From contig JAKFFI010000049.1 in assembly GCA_036677085.1 (NCBI GenBank), positions 12,974 through 36,973 on the forward strand: 24,000 nt of DNA. Reading direction: 5' to 3'. Positions 16,224 to 23,440 of this stretch are shown piece by piece. Each line of letters opens with the position of its first letter. Position 1 is the stretch's first letter. This DNA is from Porticoccaceae bacterium (GTDB lineage: Bacteria > Pseudomonadota > Gammaproteobacteria > Pseudomonadales > Porticoccaceae). Made by a program: the position numbers and the translations under genes. Under the pieces are notes generated by a model. The model was not told the origin of the DNA, ran no database searches, and saw nothing but the letters and a program-made list of their open reading frames with translations.

Positions 16224-17498
16224 TCAAAAGAAGCTGGGGAGAATTGAGCCACCAAGTTCCTGATAGTAACGTTTTCCTTGATCGTCGTTGTAAAACAATA
16301 GTCCCGCAAAACGACTGTCAGGATCGTCGATCAGACCGGTCATGCGATATTGCTCCCAGAGCGTATCGGATGCCACGATGACAACATCCTTCGTCTCTCC
16401 GGGATTGACGGCATCAACCGAAACCGTGAGGCCATCGCGCGCCACCATTTCCTCGCCTTCGACAATTTTACCCTCGGCGACCTTTGGGTTTACAAAACGG
16501 ATGTTGGCCGTAATAAACTCATCAATCCGCAACGGTCGCTCGCCATTATTGGTCATCTTGGCATTGATGGTCAGGCTTCTACCCTCAAGCTTGTACGAAG
16601 CGTTCTCCACTTCGATCTTGAGATCGCCCGTCGGCACCTCTATGCCTTCTACGAGAACTTTACCCGTCTGCAGCGGAATGGTGAGCGGGTATTTCCATTC
16701 CGCCCACAGATATCCTGTGAGAATGATTGTTAATGTCAGCGTGAAAAATATAGCCGAAGCAACAAAGTCTCTTCTGGTCAGAAGTTCATTTGCCCGGTCG
16801 TTGCCAAGCGCCCGGATACGCATGAACCTTGGGATAAAAAGCTCCTTTCGGACCAACCAGAACAGCAACCATGCGACACCCATGGCAATCCAAACCAAGT
16901 GCCAACCGATCACACCACTCAACCCAAAGGTCTCGAGGTCAACAGTTTCGCCAGTAAGCAGTGTTGCATCGTTGACAAAGGGGGCATCCGTGTTCGCCTT
17001 GTCAATCTCAAGCCAGGTCCCTTTGCCGATAAGGGAACCTGCATCTAACACATTAATCAACGGATGAACATGATAGCGACCCGGGATTCGCGCGCGCAGG
17101 ACAACCTTGTATTCGTACACTTTGCCCAATGGGAACGCCGTGGACCGCATCATGGGCACGCCGTTTACTTCCGAGTGCACCCTGAGGAAGGTCGGGCCGG
17201 GGACACCGACATTGAGATAAGCGGTGTCGGCGATGCTGGGCAGGGTTTCCGGCCAAGACGTGGACGGGATGAACTTGCCCGTGAGGGTAACGGTATCGCC
17301 CACCTTGGCCTTGAGGGGAGTGACTTGAGTGTCAAACCAGTGCACCGTCCTCATCCGCATGCTCGCCAATTGAGCGCGCTCACCGTGAGCCAGAACTTCG
17401 CCGGAGAACAGCACCAGCGCCGACAATACGATTGAAGTCAGCCCCAATCTCGAACGGATTTTTTTTGCAGCCATCACAGTCTGTTTTTTAGCACCCAC
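16224..17498 (-). CDS. pmoB: Copper membrane monooxygenase subunit B (PmoB/AmoB/HmoB family)
   Basis: 424 aa, with GTG start at 17498 preceded by GAGGGGA. Signal peptide ends ...SGEVLA, followed by HGERAQLASMRMRTVHWFD (M. capsulatus: HGEKSQAAFMRMRTIHWYD). The GRYHVHP (HxH) motif is conserved, there are two central TM helices, and the C-terminus reads DPDSRFAGLLF....LPSFF. Confidence 0.93.
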   Translation of the reverse strand: MGAKKQTVMAAKKIRSRLGLTSIVLSALVLFSGEVLAHGERAQLASMRMRTVHWFDTQVTPLKAKVGDTVTLTGKFIPSTSWPETLPSIADTAYLNVGVPGPTFLRVHSEVNGVPMMRSTAFPLGKVYEYKVVLRARIPGRYHVHPLINVLDAGSLIGKGTWLEIDKANTDAPFVNDATLLTGETVDLETFGLSGVIGWHLVWIAMGVAWLLFWLVRKELFIPRFMRIRALGNDRANELLTRRDFVASAIFFTLTLTIILTGYLWAEWKYPLTIPLQTGKVLVEGIEVPTGDLKIEVENASYKLEGRSLTINAKMTNNGERPLRIDEFITANIRFVNPKVAEGKIVEGEEMVARDGLTVSVDAVNPGETKDVVIVASDTLWEQYRMTGLIDDPDSRFAGLLFYNDDQGKRYYQELGGSILPSFF

Positions 17499-17553
17499 GC
17501 CTTATTCCCCTCAGTTTCGATCAATTACTTATTAAAATGCAGGTTGATTTTTC

Positions 17554-18357
17554 TCACATGATACGCTTGGCGAAAGTCACCAGCTTATTCACATAAGAAC
17601 CCACCCACAGGAAGATGGCATAGACCACAATGCTGACAAAACCGGCAAACACGGCCGTCAACGGTACTACCGACCCGCCGAAAGTGCGCAGCGTGGAACT
17701 CTCGATAATTCTCAGGTATTCGGGGGTAGTGGTACGGATATATTCGTACCCCATCAAATCGGCCAGTGACAGCAGCGTGCCATTGAACTCCACCGCCGTC
17801 CTGTATGCCGCGATCAGGGGCCAATTCAATGGGTACACCAGGGCGCCGAACAAACCGGCACCTATGAAAGCGGAAACGACGAGACTGCGGGTCATTACCA
17901 GCGCACAATCGAGCAGAATGCCAACCCCGATGTAGGTCGCCGGAAAGACAAAAGTTAGCGGAAAGTAGGTAAAGTGATAGAAATTCAGGTAGTGGCTGCC
18001 CCAGGCCACCAGACACAACAGTGTAGTTAAGGCGGTCGCCATGATGGGTAGGCGTACCCGCTGCCATATGCCGTAGGTGAAGGCTCCTATAGGCATCAAC
18101 AGGGTAAGCGGCGTCACCAAAGGCCACCACCGACGATCTTTCCAATCTACCCAGTAATCCCAATCCCCAGCCGTCAAAGTGAATTGGATCTGGATTCCCA
18201 GGGTAAGAAAAGTAAACAACACCAAAATCAGGATTCCGTCGAGCCGTCGATATAGCTTCATGGCGGCCGGATTGTTAAGCGACTCCATGTCGAGAATCTG
18301 CGCTCTGGCTTCTTTTACTTCCTTGGCCCGCAACTCTTCTGATTGCACTTCGTTCAT
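17554..18357 (-). CDS. pmoA: Copper membrane monooxygenase subunit A (PmoA/AmoA family)
   Basis: 267 aa, with ATG at 18357 preceded by GAGGTG. Hallmark blocks are GDWDYWVDWKDRRWW, YFPLTFVFPA, NWPLIAA, EFNGTLLSLADLMGYEYIRTTTPEYLRIIE and TLRTFG. Confidence 0.93.
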   Translation of the reverse strand: MNEVQSEELRAKEVKEARAQILDMESLNNPAAMKLYRRLDGILILVLFTFLTLGIQIQFTLTAGDWDYWVDWKDRRWWPLVTPLTLLMPIGAFTYGIWQRVRLPIMATALTTLLCLVAWGSHYLNFYHFTYFPLTFVFPATYIGVGILLDCALVMTRSLVVSAFIGAGLFGALVYPLNWPLIAAYRTAVEFNGTLLSLADLMGYEYIRTTTPEYLRIIESSTLRTFGGSVVPLTAVFAGFVSIVVYAIFLWVGSYVNKLVTFAKRIM

Positions 18358-18418
18358 CTGGGCGACACCTCACGTTTTTGAAATGGCAATAGGCTGAGGG
18401 CGTGCAGCGGCTGTCCGC

Positions 18419-18454
18419 AGAAAAGAGTCCCCGCAAGTATGCTTGCGGGGACTC
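18419..18454 (-). terminator. Strong stem-loop plus short U-run in the pmoC-pmoA intergenic region (attenuator, partial terminator or mRNA-stability element)
   Basis: gagtccccgcaag (18425-18437) pairs with cttgcggggactc (18442-18454) as a 13-bp perfect stem with a 4-nt loop. On the minus strand it is followed by UUUUCU (plus-strand 18419-18424). It lies 62 nt after the pmoC stop and 68 nt before the pmoA ATG. Confidence 0.5.
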
Positions 18455-18515
18455 AGGGATTACCACTTTAGTACGCCGAGATCTCTCGACAAAAAGATGG
18501 TGCTTGATGGAGAGA

Positions 18516-19316
18516 TCAAACCACCTGGCGACTTTTGAGGGCAGTCACCTGTGCGATGGAGCGGCCCATGTAGGTGAAGAGCTGCACGACCAGCGGTACA
18601 AAGAAAAACAGCGACCAGCCCAGCAAGACAAAGCCCCAATGGATCGGCGCCGCAAACAGTTCCTCTGCATAGAAGAACGTATGGCCCCACTCATTGAACC
18701 CATAATTCGGCATGATCATGAGAATGCCGACAACCACTGCCAGGAACGGCAGCGACACTTTGTTCATGTAGGCCGGCAGGCGGGTGTGCGCCCAGATGAA
18801 CGTCGGAATCAGCATCGCGGTCAGGAAAGGCAGCGAGAAGTAGAAAATGATGATGTGGGTCGGGGTGAAATCGGTATCCCGGATCGTCACCTGATGCCAG
18901 GCGGCGTCCGACTCTACCGACGTAATCGCCACCGTCGCGGCCCACAACCCCATGACGGTAAACACGCCAAGCAGCTTCCAGTAGCGGCTTAACTCAAGTT
19001 CGGGGCCAATCTTGCTGGCGTCTGTCTCGCGCGTCATCCACATATAAACGGACACAGCAACGGTAAACAAGGTCAGTACGATGATTTCGCCGTACAGCAG
19101 TGGCATCCAATAGGTCTGGAATTCTGGGGCGTAATAGTCGGTTCCCGTCGAAAACGCCATCATGCCCATATAAAGACGCAACCCGGCGCCGACCGCCAGC
19201 ACCAATGCGCCAAAGCCCCAAGCAATCCGGTTTCGCCTGAAGTGTCCGGCAGTCTTGCTGCCAAAGCTCTCGCCGGAGCCGACAGCCAAGTCGTTCGTAG
19301 CGTGTGTCTGTGCCAT
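18516..19316 (-). CDS. pmoC: Copper membrane monooxygenase subunit C (PmoC/AmoC family)
   Basis: 266 aa, with ATG at 19316 preceded by AGGGG. Conserved blocks are SDAAWHQVTIRDTDFTPTHII and NYGFNEWGHTFFYAEELFAAPIHWGF (M. capsulatus: LDASWHQTIVRDTDFTPSHII and [26 protein letters not shown]). Confidence 0.93.
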   Translation of the reverse strand: MAQTHATNDLAVGSGESFGSKTAGHFRRNRIAWGFGALVLAVGAGLRLYMGMMAFSTGTDYYAPEFQTYWMPLLYGEIIVLTLFTVAVSVYMWMTRETDASKIGPELELSRYWKLLGVFTVMGLWAATVAITSVESDAAWHQVTIRDTDFTPTHIIIFYFSLPFLTAMLIPTFIWAHTRLPAYMNKVSLPFLAVVVGILMIMPNYGFNEWGHTFFYAEELFAAPIHWGFVLLGWSLFFFVPLVVQLFTYMGRSIAQVTALKSRQVV

Positions 19317-19504
19317 ATCAAGTACCCCTATATAATATAATAATGATGTCAGTCAGTGGTTCGGTTAACCGTATGCACCCATATCCGGCGGACGAGTCCA
19401 TTGCTCCGTGGACACCGCGACTACCTCGCTTAGGACTGCCTGTCGAAACGGTGCCATGAAGCACTGGACAACTCTTCATGATCGTACGTTATTTTGTTGG
19501 ATGA

Positions 19505-19533
19505 ACTATAGGCAAGCCATCCGATTCTGTTAC
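19505..19533 (-). promoter_or_regulatory. Candidate sigma70 promoter for the CuMMO operon
   Basis: Minus strand reads GTAACA (19533-19528), a 17-nt spacer, then TATAGT (19510-19505). This would give a leader of about 180 nt. It is an eyeball match only. Confidence 0.25.
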
Positions 19534-19908
19534 AGGACAATAGGTGACAGAGGTATTGCAGAAAGTGACATCGGCTTTCGACTCTGACTTGCCTTACTTG
19601 GCAGGCTTTAATTCATATCTAATTGAAAACTAACTACTTTTTTCCGAACAGTCAGTATTCACACCAATACCAGGCTACGGCCTTGGGCACATTTCATTGA
19701 GTTTTATTCGCCAGCGCCACCCACGCCAGGGAGCCCCGGGGTAATTCGGTTGGCGCACCCTTCCAGTGCACCTTTGCCCGCTCGCCGTCGGCATGCGAGA
19801 ATCCGCTGCTCAGCAAACTTACTATCGTGAAGCTGCCCGCGCGTCCTGACCGCCAAACCTAATTTGCGGCCGGACGGTTCGCTGCGGGGCCGTGGTCAGA
19901 GAGATAAC

Positions 19909-20982
19909 ATGACAGAACCACACGGCTCCATGCGCCCCCCCGACAAGCTGGCGGTCGCGGCACAACCACCCACGCCCGATAGCCGCTTCGTCAATGCCAG
20001 CTATGCCAACATGGTATTTCACACCCTGGGAGGAGGGCCCGAGGTACGCGCTATTTTCGAGCGCCATGGCCTGCCGAAGTCGCTGCTGGAAGACTCGAGT
20101 GCGCCGGTCCCGTTTGCGGATCTGGCGCAAGCCGTGTTTGCGGTCATGGCGGCTCTCGACCTGCCTACCGCGGGGCTATCGCTCGGCTCCAAGCTCCATG
20201 TCTCCAAACACGGCACCATCGGCATGGCGGTCATCTCCGCCGAAACGGTAGGGCAGGCGATCAAGGACATCGCCAGGTACTACCAGACGACCGTAACCTT
20301 CTGCGACATGGCCATGTTCTACGAGGGGGACCGAATTGTCCTGGAGCTCAAGGAAGCGTTCACCAGCCCTGAAATCAAGGTGATCGTCGTCGAGGCGCTG
20401 ATGCTGACGCTGCAAAACGCCCTCGAATTCGTCAGCGGCCAGCCACTCACCGACAGCCGGATTATCTTCGGGTACCCCCCACCGCCCTATGCGGACCAGT
20501 ACGATCTGTATTTTTCCGGCAAGACCGAGTTCGACGGCGATCGCCATCTGATGATTCTGCCGGCGTCCCTCCAGGCAGTACGCTGCGTCTCGGCCGATGC
20601 CCGCATCCACCGCATGGCGGAAGAGCAACTCCAGCACCAGATGCACGAGCTGCGCGCCAACAACATCACCGCCCACCATATCCTGGCGGAATTGCGCAAA
20701 AACCCTGCTGCCATGCCGACACTCAAGGACATGGCCAAGGCGTTCAGCCTTTCGTCGCGCACCCTGATCCGGCATCTGCAAGCGGAAGGCACCACCTACC
20801 GCGATCTGCGCGAAAGCATCCACAAGCAGATGGCGATTGACTCACTGCGTAATTCGGACCAATCCATCGACGCCATCGCGATGGAATTGGGCTACCAGGA
20901 CACCACCAGTTTTCGCCGCGCGTTCAAACGCTGGTGTGGCTGCTCGGCCTCCGAGTACCGGGAACGCAGCCGCCGCGAATGA
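19909..20982 (+). CDS. AraC/XylS-family transcriptional regulator (N-terminal AraC-binding-like domain, C-terminal double HTH)
   Basis: ORF 19864-20982, ATG at 19909 preferred. The C-terminus reads LKDMAKAFSLSSRTLIRHLQAEGTTYRDL....A...L.....SIDAIAMELGYQDTTSFRRAFKRWCGCSASEYR. It is divergent from the CuMMO operon across a spacer of about 590 bp. Confidence 0.85.
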   Translation: MTEPHGSMRPPDKLAVAAQPPTPDSRFVNASYANMVFHTLGGGPEVRAIFERHGLPKSLLEDSSAPVPFADLAQAVFAVMAALDLPTAGLSLGSKLHVSKHGTIGMAVISAETVGQAIKDIARYYQTTVTFCDMAMFYEGDRIVLELKEAFTSPEIKVIVVEALMLTLQNALEFVSGQPLTDSRIIFGYPPPPYADQYDLYFSGKTEFDGDRHLMILPASLQAVRCVSADARIHRMAEEQLQHQMHELRANNITAHHILAELRKNPAAMPTLKDMAKAFSLSSRTLIRHLQAEGTTYRDLRESIHKQMAIDSLRNSDQSIDAIAMELGYQDTTSFRRAFKRWCGCSASEYRERSRRE

Positions 20983-21056
20983 AGCGACCCTGATCATCCG
21001 CCGGTGCGTCCGCGCCGGCGGGAGGACTCCAACACACCCAGTCCGGGAGGACACCC

Positions 21057-21875
21057 ATGGCAAATCAAGGCATTCAAATTTCCCTGGCCGGCAAGGTCGC
21101 GCTGATCACCGGCGCGGCGCGCGGTCTCGGCGCCGAAATCGCCGCCACTTTTTCCCGCGCCGGTGCCGCCGTCATGATCGCGGATATCCTGGAGGATCAG
21201 GGGCGCCAGACCGCCGCCGCCATCCAGGCCAGCGGCGGGCGGGCGGCCTTTATCCGCCAGGACGTAACCCGTGAAGCCGACTGGGAGACCGCCGTCACCG
21301 AAACGGTACGACAACTGGGCGGCCTGGATATCCTGGTCAACAATGCCGGCATCGAGATCTGTGCCCTGGTCGAAAACACCGAGCTGAAGGATTTCCAGCG
21401 CATCCTGGATATCAATGTGACCGGGGTTTTCCTGGGTCTGAAAGCCGCCTGCAAGGCGATGAAGCCGGGTGGCGCAGCGGGTCGCGGCGGCGCCATCATC
21501 AATCTGTCGTCGGTGGCGGGGTTGCGCGGCTTCTCGGGCCTCAGCGCCTACTGCGGCAGCAAGGGCGCGGTCAAACTGCTGACCAAGGCCGCCGCCGTCG
21601 AATTCGGATTTCTCAACTACGGCATCCGGGTGAATTCCATCCACCCCGGTCTGATCCCGACCGACATGGGCAACGCGGTGCTGAAAGGGTTTGTGACGGC
21701 AGGTCTCGGCAAGGACGCGGCCAGTGTGCAGCAGGCGTTCGAGCGCGGGACGCCGCTGGGCATGAAAGGCACCCCGTCCGATATCGCCAAGGCAGCCTTG
21801 TTCCTGGCGAGCGATCAGTCGCCCTGGGTCACCGGCGCAGAGATCGTGGTCGATGGCGGGACTACCGCCACCTGA
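21057..21875 (+). CDS. Short-chain dehydrogenase/reductase (classical SDR)
   Basis: 272 aa, with ATG at 21057 preceded by GGGAGGA. Cofactor motif ITGAARGLG, NNAG, catalytic Ser (LSSVAG) and YCGSK (YxxxK). Confidence 0.9.
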   Translation: MANQGIQISLAGKVALITGAARGLGAEIAATFSRAGAAVMIADILEDQGRQTAAAIQASGGRAAFIRQDVTREADWETAVTETVRQLGGLDILVNNAGIEICALVENTELKDFQRILDINVTGVFLGLKAACKAMKPGGAAGRGGAIINLSSVAGLRGFSGLSAYCGSKGAVKLLTKAAAVEFGFLNYGIRVNSIHPGLIPTDMGNAVLKGFVTAGLGKDAASVQQAFERGTPLGMKGTPSDIAKAALFLASDQSPWVTGAEIVVDGGTTAT

Positions 21876-21899
21876 CCCCAGCTCACCACGTGAAATCCA

Positions 21900-21920
21900 G
21901 CGACGCCGGGGTGGCGTCGC
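21900..21920. terminator. Small GC hairpin between convergent SDR and ParA-like genes
   Basis: gcgacgcc (21900-21907) pairs with ggcgtcgc (21913-21920) around the loop ggggt. There is no U-tract on either strand. Confidence 0.3.
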
Positions 21921-21926
21921 ACGGGT

Positions 21927-22598
21927 TCAGTCCGGTTTTGCGCGCGCATTCGCGCGTGAAGACCGGCTCAACCAGCGCAGGATACGCAGCCACTGCTCCC
22001 GGTCCGGGAAAGTCCTGACCGGGGCGAACTCGAAGATCGACAGGCCCCGCTCGGCGGCCTGAATATAGTTCTGGCTGGCGCGCAACGCCGCGAGAAATGG
22101 AAACGGCTTGCCGTTGGGCAAGCTGAAGTCCTGCAAGTAGCTTTCCAGACCTGCCGCCGCCACGGATTGCTCCCGCACCCGATTGGCCACCGTCGCCAGC
22201 CGCACGCCGCCATTGACCAGCTTGCGCACCGCATTCAATTCGCCAATGAAATGACCGGCCGCGCGGATATCGATGGGCGAAGGCAACAGGGGCATCAGCA
22301 CGCTGTCGGCCCGCCGTACCAGCTCCGCCAGCTCGCGGCCATGCGTCGCCGCCGGGCTGTCCATGATCAGCCAGTCGGTGTCGCGGGGTACCCGCAGTCC
22401 ATCCCGCCAGGCGGCGATGCCCTCGATCCCGGGACGATCCGCGGGGCGCACCGCGAGCCAGTCCATACTGCAACCCTGGGGATCGAAATCGGCCAGCACC
22501 ACGCGCCTGCCCTTGCTGGCGTGATAGCCGGCCAGATTGGTGGCGAGAGTGGTTTTGCCGCATCCACCCTTGGCATTGAGAACGAGCACAGTTCGCAT
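21927..22598 (-). CDS. ParA/MinD-family P-loop ATPase (orphan; no parB-like partner seen)
   Basis: 223 aa, with ATG at 22598 preceded by GGAGGAGGG. It has the deviant Walker A LNAKGGCGKTTLATNLA and Walker A' region VVLADFDPQG. Confidence 0.85.
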   Translation of the reverse strand: MRTVLVLNAKGGCGKTTLATNLAGYHASKGRRVVLADFDPQGCSMDWLAVRPADRPGIEGIAAWRDGLRVPRDTDWLIMDSPAATHGRELAELVRRADSVLMPLLPSPIDIRAAGHFIGELNAVRKLVNGGVRLATVANRVREQSVAAAGLESYLQDFSLPNGKPFPFLAALRASQNYIQAAERGLSIFEFAPVRTFPDREQWLRILRWLSRSSRANARAKPD

Positions 22599-22662
22599 TG
22601 TCCCTCCTCCCTGTTGCGAGCACCGCGAGGTGGGCTTGCCGCCACCCTCCGGGCGCCAGAAC

Positions 22663-23427
22663 TCAGTGCGCGGTATAGCCGCCGTCGATGATCAGTTCCG
22701 TACCCGTGACATAGCGGGACTCGTCGGACGCGAGATACAGAATCCCGTACGCCTGATCGATGGGCTCCGCCATGTGACCGATGACGATCTCGTGCTGGAT
22801 CCGCGCCAGATCGGCGGGACCAAATACACCCCCGACGCTTTCCGCCATGGGCGTTTTGGTAAATCCGGGATGTACGGAATTCACCCGGATGTTGTACTTC
22901 TTCTCGGCGCAGTAGAGCGCTGCCGATTTGGTGAACAGCCGCACCCCACCCTTGCTGGCATTGTAGGCCGCGGAACGCGGATCGCCGATGATGCCTTCAA
23001 TCGACGAGATGTTCACGATACTGCCACCGCCGTTCTGCTTCATCTGGCGGATCGCATTCTGGGTGCCCATGAACACCGCTTCCAGATTGACCGCGTGCAC
23101 AAAGCGCCAGTGGGCGAGATCGCTGTTTTCCAGATCGGTGCCGGCACCCACACCGGCGTTGTTGACCAGCACATCGAGGCGGCCATGGTGGCGCACCACC
23201 TCGGCGACGACCTCGCGCCAGCGCGTCTCGGACGTCACGTCCTGTTCGACAAAACGGGCGTCATAACCCTGGTCACGCAATTTTTGCGCCGCCGCCTCGC
23301 CTTCCTTCGGTCGGATATCGGTGATCACCACCGCGCCGCCCTCGCGGCCGAACAGCTCGGCACTGGCGTAGCCGATGCCGGCCGTGCCGCCGGTGATCAA
23401 ACACACCTTGCCCTGAATCCTCCCCAT
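22663..23427 (-). CDS. Short-chain dehydrogenase/reductase (classical SDR, hydroxysteroid or secondary-alcohol dehydrogenase-like)
   Basis: 254 aa, with ATG at 23427. Motifs ITGGTAGIG, NNAGVG, ISSIEG and YNASK, and the C-terminus IIDGGYTAH. Confidence 0.9.
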   Translation of the reverse strand: MGRIQGKVCLITGGTAGIGYASAELFGREGGAVVITDIRPKEGEAAAQKLRDQGYDARFVEQDVTSETRWREVVAEVVRHHGRLDVLVNNAGVGAGTDLENSDLAHWRFVHAVNLEAVFMGTQNAIRQMKQNGGGSIVNISSIEGIIGDPRSAAYNASKGGVRLFTKSAALYCAEKKYNIRVNSVHPGFTKTPMAESVGGVFGPADLARIQHEIVIGHMAEPIDQAYGILYLASDESRYVTGTELIIDGGYTAH

Positions 23428-23440
23428 GACCCTGTCCTCG

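Noticed and set aside
16172-17466. Two 8-nt homopolymer tracts (T8 on the plus strand at 16172-16179 and 17459-17466) near the 5' ends of the fourth gene and pmoB, as possible phase-variation switches
   Set aside because: Both simply encode the Lys-Lys of the signal-peptide n-regions (TKKN and AKKI) in an A/T-preferring codon context. There is no evidence of frameshifted alternative products, so at most they deserve a low-priority look in population data.
15431-19709. Imperfect AT-rich similarity ATTTTCATTATTTTCA (15431-15446) versus ATTTCATTGAGTTTTATTC (19691-19709) as island att sites
   Set aside because: The match is low-complexity and gapped and could easily arise by chance in AT-rich spacers. 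The exact octamer TTCGCCAG at the compositional edges is the better, though still tentative, candidate.
19822-20130. 102-aa minus-strand ORF overlapping the start of the AraC gene
   Set aside because: It is antisense to the regulator's N-terminal domain, with no ribosome-binding site or motifs. It is a shadow ORF.
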